A DNA stretch of 64,000 nucleotides, from IMG/VR virus record IMGVR_UViG_3300048922_000467, positions 1 through 64,000 of that record; one strand, given 5' to 3'. The notes below the pieces were generated by a model. The model saw nothing but the letters and a program-made list of their open reading frames with translations. It was not told where the DNA came from and ran no database searches. Positions 38,446 to 47,888 of this stretch are shown here, piece after piece (the stretch's first letter is position 1; every line of letters starts with the position of its first letter). Origin of the DNA: a virus. The position numbers and the translations under genes are program-made.

Positions 38446-40635
38446 TTAAAGCCCGGTATACCCCTGCATCTGCTCAAGCGACTTCGGATCGATCACATAG
38501 TAATAGCCAGACTTACCGCCGTCCTTCCGCTTTGTTTTCAAACCATGCAGTGACATGATTTCGGAGATTGCCCCTTGTTTGCTTCGGTCAGAGACTGAAC
38601 CTGTGTTCTTGGGCATTTTGAATCCAGCCAGGATTGCTTCGTGCCTGACCGCATTGATTCGATCGTAGAGAGCTACTGAGTCGGCTGGAGTCCAGTTGTC
38701 GTTGAGGAGGCCATTGTGCAACTCCTGGACGAGCTTTTCGAAGGTGGTTGATGGCTCGACGAATAGCTTGCGATAGTTGTCCAGCTTCACCTGCCCGACG
38801 CCTTCACCCCAAAACTGTGCGTCGTGGAAAGTCAGCTCCTTTCGCTTCAGGCCTTGCTGAGCCTGGTATCGGATTGCGGCAAAGTGTTCAGCTTCGCTGC
38901 TGGAGCCGATCTTCTGTGTGCGCTTGGCCTGGGCTTCAGTTGCAGCGGTAGCGTTCAGAAGGGTCAGCGCGGTGTCCTTCTTCACTGCTCTGCGACCGGC
39001 GCTGTTCGCTTTGAAGCCCTCAATGCCAAGGTCGTTATCGCTCGGGATCATTTCCAGCTTGAATCCCTGGCGTTTCAGCTCATACGGCAGGGTTAGCTGG
39101 ATGTTGTCCCGGAGCCAGCCGGTGCGCTTCATGTGATCCTTCCGAGCACCATCGAAGGCGGACTTGGCTGAGGCCTCGAACTCGACGTCAGCAATCTCCT
39201 CGCGCTTGTTTTGCGGGTTGCGAAGGCCGATCACGAACTCATTCGCAGTGCGGTCACGGCGCATCATCTGGATTGCGGAGCGGGGAGTCACAGAGCCCTC
39301 AAACAAGCCGTAATGCGCCTGGAAGTGACCGCTGGTGATGCTCAGGGCCGAGGTTATTGCAGGTGAGTAAATCACTACCTGGTGGGCCGTGGTATTGGGA
39401 TTGCTGATGAAGGCTGCTTGGGCTGGCCAACCTGCGGATTTGCTGGTGATGACCAATGGGGCGATGCCAGCCTTTTCCAGGACTTTGCCCAGGGCCTCGG
39501 CGTCCCTGGCGATGTCGATTGCGATCAGGGTGTTCTGGCCTGCATGGGCTGCAGAGAGGGCCATGGCACGCACCTGGTCGAGAGCGCCTACTTTGCAGTT
39601 GACGTCAGTGTGGGCCTGATCGATCTCGAAGCAGTGAATGAATTCCTTGCCTTTTTTGATCAAGGCGAGGCATTCGTCGTTGACGTCAGCGTCCGCGAAG
39701 ACAACTGATTTCGCGTTGTGTACGACCTGCTTGAGGGTGTTCCAGACGACTTCGCGCTGCTGGACAGACCCTTCAAACACGTGATCGAGCACCTGAGCGG
39801 CCTCATCAATCACCACCAGATCAACGGCTTTGATGAAGTCGTCAAATTTCGCGCTGATGAGTGAGTTGACAACCACCTTGAGTCCACGGGTTTTCTGCAT
39901 CTGGCCTGGCTGTACGTCTTCGTAGTCAACGAGACCTGGGATGTCGATGCCCTTGACGATCGAGCGGCGATGGGAAATCACGAGAACCTTCTTGCCGGCG
40001 TCCAGGAAGTCGGAGATGCAAGGGTTGATGACGAGGGAGCTTTTACCCCACCCAGTCGGGCATTTGATCAGTGCGCGACGGTCGCAACGAAGGAGAACCG
40101 AGCGGAGCCAGGACGTGGAAACTGGCTTATGGACTACAGGGAAGTCATGGCTATCGCTTTTTGAATCGAAGAACGCCTGAACGCGAAGTGTTTTATCGGC
40201 GATGGCCATTGCGCATTCAGTCTCACCTTTTCCAGACACCAAGGCCAGGCGCTGAGCGGCGACTGCTTTGTTTCCGGCAATATATGTATCCCTAGCCAAT
40301 TCGTAAGCTGCTTTACTGAAATTGCCTTCAGTCATCTCGTTTTTGAGCACGAGCAGCGCAACGTCAGACTTGTTCAGTTGATAGACGTTATCTGTGATTT
40401 TCCCAGAGAGGGGATCGTAAAGGCCTGACGCGGTTTTAAATGCTGCTTCAACTGCTTTGCTTGCAGAGTTGGAGATGCTCACCAGTCTTTTAAGGCTTGG
40501 ATATTCGCTCTTAATGTACTGCGTGGAATCTGTGAGGTCATCAGCTGCAACGGTTTGGAAGCCATTGACAGGAAAATCCATGCCGATAATGACCGTATTG
40601 CCAGCGCCAGTGATGTTTTGTTCGACCTGATGCAT
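38446..40635 (-). CDS. SF2 helicase / origin-binding replication protein (CyRepA1/UL9-like)
   Basis: PTGWGKS, ISHRRS, VIDE..Q, YSP......SI, QM..R.R motifs; start MHQV. Confidence 0.75.
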   Translation of the reverse strand: MHQVEQNITGAGNTVIIGMDFPVNGFQTVAADDLTDSTQYIKSEYPSLKRLVSISNSASKAVEAAFKTASGLYDPLSGKITDNVYQLNKSDVALLVLKNEMTEGNFSKAAYELARDTYIAGNKAVAAQRLALVSGKGETECAMAIADKTLRVQAFFDSKSDSHDFPVVHKPVSTSWLRSVLLRCDRRALIKCPTGWGKSSLVINPCISDFLDAGKKVLVISHRRSIVKGIDIPGLVDYEDVQPGQMQKTRGLKVVVNSLISAKFDDFIKAVDLVVIDEAAQVLDHVFEGSVQQREVVWNTLKQVVHNAKSVVFADADVNDECLALIKKGKEFIHCFEIDQAHTDVNCKVGALDQVRAMALSAAHAGQNTLIAIDIARDAEALGKVLEKAGIAPLVITSKSAGWPAQAAFISNPNTTAHQVVIYSPAITSALSITSGHFQAHYGLFEGSVTPRSAIQMMRRDRTANEFVIGLRNPQNKREEIADVEFEASAKSAFDGARKDHMKRTGWLRDNIQLTLPYELKRQGFKLEMIPSDNDLGIEGFKANSAGRRAVKKDTALTLLNATAATEAQAKRTQKIGSSSEAEHFAAIRYQAQQGLKRKELTFHDAQFWGEGVGQVKLDNYRKLFVEPSTTFEKLVQELHNGLLNDNWTPADSVALYDRINAVRHEAILAGFKMPKNTGSVSDRSKQGAISEIMSLHGLKTKRKDGGKSGYYYVIDPKSLEQMQGYTGL

Positions 40636-40652
40636 TTCAATTTCTCTCTGTA

Positions 40653-41116
40653 TTGTTGTCGTGCTCTCTTGCACATTTATAGTGTTATCCATGAGCAAAA
40701 GACCATGCAACACCTTTTGGGGTTGACACTTGGGTATGTTGAGGTATGCAAGTAACGCTGGGTTGATTGGGGGCTATTGAGGTAACGCCCGGTTGATTTC
40801 GGTTGCGCGAGAATGCTGTTCGAGAGCAGGGCGTAACGCAGCGTTGTGATTTTAGTTTTTCTTAACCAAGAGACTTGACCTGCCTACTGGCTCGGGTTTT
40901 CATAAACTCATCACAAAGCATCTGCACCCTCAACCGCCCCTTTCTTTTATAAAAGGAGAGACCCGTTGCAGGCGAGGTAGTTTTCTTTGGTTAAGAGAAA
41001 CGGAAGTAGATTTCCTTTTGTATACCTCGACTCCAAAAATTGACAAGCGAAAAAGGTGTTGCGCAGGCTTTTACTCATATTCAACACTATAAATGTGCAA
41101 GAGAGCACGACAACAA
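40653..41116. repeat. Putative origin region: 34-bp perfect inverted repeat (40653-40686 / 41083-41116), iteron-like repeats, IR element copy 2 (40855-41001)
   Basis: AACACTATAAATGTGCAAGAGAGCACGACAACAA on both strands; GTAACGCnnGGTTGATT at 40752 and 40782, degenerate copy at 40833. Confidence 0.8.
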
Positions 41117-41133
41117 GAAGAGAGAGCATCACA

Positions 41134-42414
41134 ATGAAATTCGGCATTCAGTACTCAGCAGCTACTCGACAAGTGAAGAACTGTCAGGCGGCAAGTTTCA
41201 GAGAGTTTTACGATAACGTCTTGCAAGCCGAGAGCGTTGTCGAAGAGAAAAGCGGTCGCACTTTTACGCCCGCGATCTTCAGACATCCTGAGCGATTGAT
41301 CGAACACACGATGGAGCTATCGATGATCGTGTTGGACGTAGATCAGAAGCCCCATGACGACATTATCACCCTGGAAGAGATGGAAGACGCCCTGATCGAC
41401 ATGAACTTCGAGCACTGCATTTATACATCACACAGCAACACTGTCGACTGCCCGCGCTTCCGCGTTGTAATGCCCCTAGACACCCCAATACAACCCGAGG
41501 CATTGCCGGCAGTAGCAGCTGCGGTTATCGAATGCCTAGACGGATTCTTCGATGGCCGACTGATCAAGGTTCTCGATCGCTGCTGGCAAGAAGTATCCCG
41601 CTGCTACTTCACTTTTATGTCACACCCCGATCGTCGAAGCGCAGCCATGAGCTTTTATAACCCCGGCAAGCCGCTGTGCTCCCTGGATCTAAAACTCGCT
41701 CAAAGCAGCTATGGCCTCGACGTCGAATCCTCTACCCCCGGCAAGCCCCGCAAGCCAGGCACCGCTGTAGGCGCAGCAGGCCGTAGCTTCGAGCTCAATC
41801 GCATCCTGGGTGGCCTGTTCCGCTCAGCCTGCGAAGATCAGATTGTCCAAAAAATCCTGGAGGTCGACCAGGAACAGAATCCAGGCAGTGAATACTTCCG
41901 GGATCAAAGCTACGCCCGTCACAAACCGCGCCCTGGCGAAACCAAAGACGCAGCAGCCCTGCGCGCCTGCAAAGCCTGGGTCAGATCCCACTTGAACTGG
42001 CTGCGCCGAAAAGCCAAGGGCATCGACACCACGGTCGTGAACCGAAAGGCTCAGTCCAAAGAGCCAATGCCTACCCACGAAGCCATGATCCGCTTGAAAG
42101 ACTTTAAGCCCGGCAAGACCAAGGCAGGCGGCGAAACAGCCCTGGCCGAATTCGAAATCGTGTCTGGTGAGCACGCTGGCCGTCACGTCTGGCACCGGTT
42201 TTACGGCCAGGGTAACCACCCAACAGCGATCAAGATCTCCAACGAAATGATCGAAAAATTCAAGACCGCCGCCAGTCTTCCAACAGCCAGCTTCGACGAT
42301 GCTTTGAAAGCAAAAGGCGTGATCGTCCACGCCCGGATCAAGCTAAAGGCAGGGACTGGGGGATTCCCTGATCAAAACGAAATCGGGACGTTCTTCACTC
42401 AACCTGTGTCGTGA
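41134..42414 (+). CDS. AEP primase-polymerase fused to DUF669-like ssDNA-binding domain
   Basis: LDVD, YTSHS, PRFRVVMPL; C-terminal FEIVSGEHAGR.VW...NEI. Confidence 0.75.
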   Translation: MKFGIQYSAATRQVKNCQAASFREFYDNVLQAESVVEEKSGRTFTPAIFRHPERLIEHTMELSMIVLDVDQKPHDDIITLEEMEDALIDMNFEHCIYTSHSNTVDCPRFRVVMPLDTPIQPEALPAVAAAVIECLDGFFDGRLIKVLDRCWQEVSRCYFTFMSHPDRRSAAMSFYNPGKPLCSLDLKLAQSSYGLDVESSTPGKPRKPGTAVGAAGRSFELNRILGGLFRSACEDQIVQKILEVDQEQNPGSEYFRDQSYARHKPRPGETKDAAALRACKAWVRSHLNWLRRKAKGIDTTVVNRKAQSKEPMPTHEAMIRLKDFKPGKTKAGGETALAEFEIVSGEHAGRHVWHRFYGQGNHPTAIKISNEMIEKFKTAASLPTASFDDALKAKGVIVHARIKLKAGTGGFPDQNEIGTFFTQPVS

Positions 42415-42441
42415 TATGGTCGGCCAGCCTTTGGTGCCATC

Positions 42442-43182
42442 ATGTGCTGGCCCCCATCTCACGAGACTTTGGAAATGGATATTCGCTTTTTCTTTGAGCA
42501 GCGCCTGGAGTTCATCAAGCAGCTTTATATCAATGGCTCAGCGCCCTTCGAAGAGCGCATGAGCAAGATCGTGAATGGGGAAGAGCCATTCATTCCACCG
42601 TACAGTGAAGATGGAGAGCCACCATTTCAGCTCGAATGGGAGGAAGCTGATGCATCGATACAAGTGCTGGGCAGCTCTTGTCTTTCGATGATATCCGCAT
42701 CACTACACATCTACCTGGTGGCTTGGCAGAACCGTCTAGGGCCTGCTCCAGATTGCACAAAGTCTGCATTCAAGAATGGATGGCCAGCAGGGTATCAGGC
42801 TTTCTACGAGTCACACGGTTCAGCTAAATTCGACACTGGCCCATTCGATTACTCACTTGTTTCAGAAATTGTCTTGGCCCGAAACAGCATTCAGCATGAC
42901 GAATCCCTGACATCCAACACCTTCCGATACAGAGACAGCGACCTCCCGAAGCTACCGAGCCCTTTCTTCGTCAGTGACCAAGATAAAGAGCTAGCGAAGC
43001 AGATCGATGATGGTGAGAGAAGCTGGCTCTACCCGCCGCGCATTCACATCACCAAGGAAAAATTCCTACACATGATCTCTGAAATTTCGAATTTGGTTGA
43101 GTGGTTGGAAAAGCAAGGCGAGCAAATCCAATATCGGCAGTATCTAGAGCGTAAGAAACTGCGTGAGAGCAATCAGAGCTAG
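42442..43182 (+). CDS. Hypothetical protein with HEPN-like Rx4H (start possibly 42475)
   Basis: LARNSIQH; terminator at 43198-43223. Confidence 0.65.
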   Translation: MCWPPSHETLEMDIRFFFEQRLEFIKQLYINGSAPFEERMSKIVNGEEPFIPPYSEDGEPPFQLEWEEADASIQVLGSSCLSMISASLHIYLVAWQNRLGPAPDCTKSAFKNGWPAGYQAFYESHGSAKFDTGPFDYSLVSEIVLARNSIQHDESLTSNTFRYRDSDLPKLPSPFFVSDQDKELAKQIDDGERSWLYPPRIHITKEKFLHMISEISNLVEWLEKQGEQIQYRQYLERKKLRESNQS

Positions 43183-43399
43183 ATCATCAAGAAACTCAAG
43201 AGCCTCTACCCAGGGGCTTTTTCACGCCCTCACGGATTGACAGCCAACTACTTTAAGTTATACAGCAGATCACACTATTGCTTTCAAAATGTCGCTTTGA
43301 CAACCAACTAATCTTAGGTATACGCCTTGACAATCTGTTGTGCGCACAATGACTCAATGCCATAATCTAACCATAACAACAAGAAAAAGGAACTCGCCA

Positions 43400-43690
43400 A
43401 TGAATTATTTCACAGAACATCTTTCGAACATGTCTATAGAGCGGAAACTTGCACGGATTAAGAGCTATCTGAACTTCCTGCAGCTCCCAGGCATCGACCA
43501 GACATTCCTGGATTTGCTATTAATGTCCAGAGAGCTTCATCAGTCTTCGATGTGCCGTGGAGACACAAGTATCATTGACGTTGCGGACTCAATAGATGAG
43601 TTTGTACGCAAGACGCTAGATGAAGCTTGCGAACACATTGACCGACCATACCACGCAAAGACTTATGAGAACGAATCTACTGGCATGTAA
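43400..43690 (+). CDS. Hypothetical protein
   Basis: Leader CATAACAACAAGAAAAAGGAA then ATG. Confidence 0.6.
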   Translation: MNYFTEHLSNMSIERKLARIKSYLNFLQLPGIDQTFLDLLLMSRELHQSSMCRGDTSIIDVADSIDEFVRKTLDEACEHIDRPYHAKTYENESTGM

Positions 43691-43771
43691 ACCCACCAAA
43701 CTTTGCACTCAAAAAACCCAGCAGCTTTTGATTTATCCCCACATACAGCACTGTGGCAGTGGTAATATATA

Positions 43772-43873
43772 GATGTAGGCAGTTCCTCTCTCTTACTGCC
43801 TATGCCTTTATTGTTGTGTGCTGCACCCAATCCCTGGCCGGGCCTCTCTCTCTCTCCTGGCCGGGGCTTTTTT
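43772..43873 (+). ncRNA. Candidate two-hairpin antisense sRNA with CU-rich loops
   Basis: TGnTAATAT extended -10; stems 43775-43803 and 43832-43866; U6 tail; complementary to several phage leaders. Confidence 0.7.
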
Positions 43874-44098
43874 ATGTTGCCAATTTGTCAATTTCGTTAC
43901 CATTCGTCAGGAAAGCAATGTGAGAAAGTTGGGGCAGTGTCAGACAACAGCCGGAATTGCTGGGGTTGCTGGGAGTTGTTGTCTGATACTGGGTGTTAGT
44001 ACACTTAGTTGATTATTTCCCGACGGTTTACAGGGATATTGATTGCTCTTAGCCTTGTTCATGTCGGTTGACGACACAACAGAAAAGAGAGCGAAACG

Positions 44099-44320
44099 AT
44101 GGGGATGTACGAGCGGATTCCGAATGACCTTATTACTTCAAGCCAGGCGGCTGAGGTGCTGGGGGTGAGCATCAACACATTGAAGGTCTGGCGCTCCAGA
44201 AACCCCAACTTGGGTTACTACAGGGGTCACAACCGCGAGATTCGTTACTCGCTGAAAGAATGCCAGCAGTACTACCGCCGTTCGTTCCAGCGCGTTGTGC
44301 CTGGGTCTGGCGCGCAATGA
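44099..44320 (+). CDS. Excisionase-like HTH protein
   Basis: QAAEVLGVSINTL..WR...IRY. Confidence 0.8.
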   Translation: MGMYERIPNDLITSSQAAEVLGVSINTLKVWRSRNPNLGYYRGHNREIRYSLKECQQYYRRSFQRVVPGSGAQ

Positions 44321-44389
44321 AGACGCCCTCGGCTCGACAATTTATTATCAAAAATGATAGTTTTCTGTGGAGTCAGTCGAGGGTGAGTT

Positions 44390-44923
44390 ATGAATCGAAA
44401 GCTGCTGCTGGAATCGTGCAGAACGCTGGCAGCTGCCGGGGTGTGGTGCATCCCTGAATCGACTCTGATCGGGTTTGCGGGGTATCCAGACAAAGCTTAC
44501 TTCCGCGTTGCCATGGCCAGGCATTTTAGAGCCGGCATCATCGAGAAAATCGCCCCCAAGCTTTACGCCAATCCCTTCCTGCGCCCACCTGCGGCTGGGC
44601 TGTTTCGCTTAACCAATTTTCTAAGGCCATTGGACAGCTTTTATCTGAGCTGTGAATCGGTGCTCAGTGAGCATGGTTGGATCAGCCAGCTGCCTTTCTG
44701 CCTGACCTTCGTTACTACTGGCCGAAGCTATCGATACAGCACGTTGCTGGGTGACATCGACTTCGTGCACACCGAAGAAGACCCCGCAACCTGGTTAGGC
44801 CATCTGCAGCGAAATGAAGACCGTCAGGTATGGGAGGCGTCCCCTGAGAGAGCCCTGGCCGACCTGCAGCGCTACAAGCGCAACCTTGATCTCGTCCTGC
44901 CCGAATCCGAGCGCCCGCAATAG
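44390..44923 (+). CDS. AbiEi-like type IV antitoxin / transcriptional regulator
   Basis: Y.S.ES.L...G.ISQ, T..TT, A.PERAL.D motifs. Confidence 0.75.
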   Translation: MNRKLLLESCRTLAAAGVWCIPESTLIGFAGYPDKAYFRVAMARHFRAGIIEKIAPKLYANPFLRPPAAGLFRLTNFLRPLDSFYLSCESVLSEHGWISQLPFCLTFVTTGRSYRYSTLLGDIDFVHTEEDPATWLGHLQRNEDRQVWEASPERALADLQRYKRNLDLVLPESERPQ

Positions 44924-44977
44924 CCTCTCGCGGCGCCATGGCTTATTATCCCCGATATTTAGATCCGGGGCCTCGAC

Positions 44978-45961
44978 ATGCCAAAGCCATCTGCCATTGA
45001 GCTCAAGCGCAACCAGCTTGCCCGACTCAAAGCCAATCTCGACGAGTGCGGCTTTCGCTTGGCCGAGCCATTGGCAGCAGAAGACCCGCACACAGCTATT
45101 TTGCGCGCAAACGCGCTGTCCCAGCGCCTTAGCCTGGGGATGCTCATCTCAAGGGGTGGTGAGACGAAAGCCTCTCTCTCTAAGCAGCTTGCGCAGCTTC
45201 CCGCAGTGCATGACGTGTTCGCGTTTCAGAAAGCCCCGGAAGTCCATCTGCGCGTTGGAAAGATCGCAAAGTCGGATGAACAAGCCTACGTCGAAATGGT
45301 TGCTGAATTCACTCGCGAGCTTGAGGAGCTGAATGGCTTTGAGGTCGAGCAGGGAGAGGAGATATCAACACCTGAGTCGATATCCCAAAGGATCGAGTCA
45401 GCGCCAAAAATTGGCAGGCCATCAAAGACCCCTCTCGAAAATCTAGATCGGGGCTTGGCAGAAAACTACGGCATAGCCCGCCTTGCTTTAGCGAAAGCCA
45501 TGATCAACGAAGAGAATCCGAGATCGATGGGCCGCCCTGCACGGACAGTGGCTCAGGTTGAGGCGGACTACGCCCAGCGCAAACAGGATCTGGACACCTC
45601 GATCACTGACCTAGAGTCCAAGCTCAAGGGTGTGGAAATCCATGATCGGGCCAGCAAGATATACCGAGACGTTCTGGCTCAATTCAAACGGCTAGTGAAG
45701 GAGCTGGGAGGCGTAGACCAGATCGAAGCCAGGTCAGAAGTCACGCGCCTGGAAGGCCATCTGAAATTCCTGAAGCAGGATCGAAAGCGCTACATCGAAC
45801 TCGGCGAGCCCGACTTGCCCTTGGAGCACCATAACTCCCCACGCCACCACCTGTTGTCAGCAAAAGCAGAGCTGGCAGCAGTTCGCGACGTATACGACCA
45901 GCTGACGCTTCCGAGAGAGATCAAGCGCCTGAAAGACATCGAGGCCAGGAAAGCCAAGTAG
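44978..45961 (+). CDS. Coiled-coil hypothetical protein with GRP (AT-hook-like) motifs
   Basis: KIGRPSK and MGRPAR. Confidence 0.7.
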   Translation: MPKPSAIELKRNQLARLKANLDECGFRLAEPLAAEDPHTAILRANALSQRLSLGMLISRGGETKASLSKQLAQLPAVHDVFAFQKAPEVHLRVGKIAKSDEQAYVEMVAEFTRELEELNGFEVEQGEEISTPESISQRIESAPKIGRPSKTPLENLDRGLAENYGIARLALAKAMINEENPRSMGRPARTVAQVEADYAQRKQDLDTSITDLESKLKGVEIHDRASKIYRDVLAQFKRLVKELGGVDQIEARSEVTRLEGHLKFLKQDRKRYIELGEPDLPLEHHNSPRHHLLSAKAELAAVRDVYDQLTLPREIKRLKDIEARKAK

Positions 45962-46393
45962 CCCCTCCAGCTCCAGCCCCCAGTCAGCTTTGTTCCCGAA
46001 CACCTCGCTGGACGGCTCAAGCCGGGGGCAGCGTTGGTCGCGGCTAGAGCCAGATCGACAGAATGTACAAGATGATCAGCAGGTTGAACCCGTTGCGACA
46101 CAGATTTTTAATCGTAGTCATTTCTCGCCCCTGCCGACATATTATGGCAGTTATTAACTCACAGGTTCAGATCTAAATCAAGCTCAATGCCCCAGTTTTG
46201 CTGGGCATTTCACGTATGTCTCTCGTACCTACCTGCATTAGTACACTAAGTTTACTTTCAGTATATTGCCAATTTGTCAATTGTTTTCTCTGATAATTCC
46301 GACGAACGGCATTGCCAAGATCTCGATTTGCCAACATATTGATGTCAGACGGGCTGCGCAGTGTCGCCCGATTTGAAGACTGGGCAGAGTGAG

Positions 46394-46684
46394 ATGAATG
46401 CGTGTGTGAGGGTCGAAGACATTGAGGTAGCCATTGACAGGGCAGCTGCAGAGCGCGAGCGTGCGAGGCTGGCTGAGTCGCTGGGCTATTGGACAGAGAG
46501 CCAGGTTGCGATGCTGGCGGGCGTTAAAAAGTCGACGCTAGAGTCCTGGAGGAAGCGAGCGAAAGGGCCCGACTCTATTCTCTTCGGAAACGAGCCCCTT
46601 TACTCGATTGCAGACGTTAAAGGCTATTTCGACAGCCTTGCTCAAGCCAAATCAGACCGTAGTCACATCCGAGCCGCGTTGTGA
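46394..46684 (+). CDS. HTH DNA-binding protein (AlpA/Xis-like)
   Basis: VA.LAGVK.STL..WR....GP...LY. Confidence 0.75.
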   Translation: MNACVRVEDIEVAIDRAAAERERARLAESLGYWTESQVAMLAGVKKSTLESWRKRAKGPDSILFGNEPLYSIADVKGYFDSLAQAKSDRSHIRAAL

Positions 46685-47743
46685 ACGATCCTCGCTTGCA
46701 CGGCGAAGAGCTTTCCTCCGCTCCTGCAGGTGGACTGACTCGGGATTGATGTGTGTATATCGACGCAGAGTCTTCCAATCTTTATGGCCAGTGAAAAGCG
46801 CTACGGATTCGATATCAAGCTCGCGGGCAAACAGATCTGTCGTTGCTGTGTGCCTCAGGTCATGAAAACGCAGATCCTCGATACCAAGGGCTTGGCAAGC
46901 CCTGGTAAACGAAGCACTCACTGAACGATGGTTGTAAGGGAAGAGCTGACCTCGCCTCCTGCTTCCCATGGCTTTGAGAATCGGCTCCACAAAGTCATCA
47001 AGAATCGGAACAACGCTGTGGTTGCCCTTCTTGTCAGTGGGGTGCTTTCTATCTCTTACCACCATCACGCGACGTTCTAAGTCGACATCCTCAATACTCA
47101 GCGCACAGATTTCTTCCTGGCGCAGCGAAGTTAGAGTTGCGAACTCCATGACAGCAATCATATCAATCTGAGCGCGTTGCATTTTCCTGTAGTGTCCAGC
47201 CAGCTTCTCGATTTCCTCTGGTGAAGCGACTCTCGTTCGCTCTGTCGATCGAACCCTCAATCCCCTCTGTTTCAATGACCTTTTAACATCAACAGTGATA
47301 TCCGGGTTGACGTTCAACTTGCGAACATAGCGAGCCCAACTTAAGACCGTCCGGAGATAGGCTAGGTCGATGCTGATTGTCACTCCGCCAGCGCCATCCT
47401 TTACGCGTCTGTCGACGAAATCACGTACGATGGCCTCTGACAGAGATCTCAGCTTCACATGACCAATCTTGCGCTTGAATGACTTCAGCACAGCGGCCTT
47501 GTTCTTGCCGAAAGGCTTCACTCCACCAACATCTTCTTCGTACCGGACAATCAGATCCTCCAGATTTGCGTCCTTGTGTGGATCTATGTACTCGCCCGTG
47601 CTGGAGAGCTTGAGCTGCTGCTCGATCTCTTTCGCCCACTTCCTGGCGGTTTTTTCGAGATCGAAGGTCTGTGCCCTGTAGAATCCTCCAATCCTGACCT
47701 GAGCGCGGGTCTTGCCCGAAGGGAGTCGTGTAAATGTCGCCAT
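46652..47743 (-). CDS. int: Tyrosine recombinase / integrase
   Basis: R..EI, HDLRH, GH......RY catalytic residues; start MATFTRL. Confidence 0.93.
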   Translation of the reverse strand: MATFTRLPSGKTRAQVRIGGFYRAQTFDLEKTARKWAKEIEQQLKLSSTGEYIDPHKDANLEDLIVRYEEDVGGVKPFGKNKAAVLKSFKRKIGHVKLRSLSEAIVRDFVDRRVKDGAGGVTISIDLAYLRTVLSWARYVRKLNVNPDITVDVKRSLKQRGLRVRSTERTRVASPEEIEKLAGHYRKMQRAQIDMIAVMEFATLTSLRQEEICALSIEDVDLERRVMVVRDRKHPTDKKGNHSVVPILDDFVEPILKAMGSRRRGQLFPYNHRSVSASFTRACQALGIEDLRFHDLRHTATTDLFARELDIESVALFTGHKDWKTLRRYTHINPESVHLQERRKALRRASEDRSQRGSDVTTV

Positions 47744-47746
47744 GCC

Positions 47747-47832
47747 CGTGTGCACCCCGTGTGCAAAATCGTCTAGACATATTATGGACACTATTTAGAC
47801 CGTTCAAGCCCTTCGTGTGCACCCCGTGTGCA
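47747..47832 (+). repeat. Integrase arm-type direct repeats CGTGTGCACCCCGTGTGCA x2
   Basis: 19-bp perfect copies at 47747 and 47814. Confidence 0.75.
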
Positions 47833-47888
47833 CCAGCTGCACAAATCACGGTAAAATAACTCAATTTGAATTGCAAAATATCCTTATG

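Noticed and set aside
43802-44012. Short ORFs overlapping the candidate sRNA
   Set aside because: They cross a strong terminator, lack an RBS and have implausible composition
27760-46000. C-rich TAGCCCC tracts after three stop codons (27792, 31341, 45961)
   Set aside because: Could be Rho-loading sites but too short and low-complexity to support
47747-47832. Direct repeats as a mini-CRISPR
   Set aside because: Only two copies, no cas genes; position fits integrase arm sites
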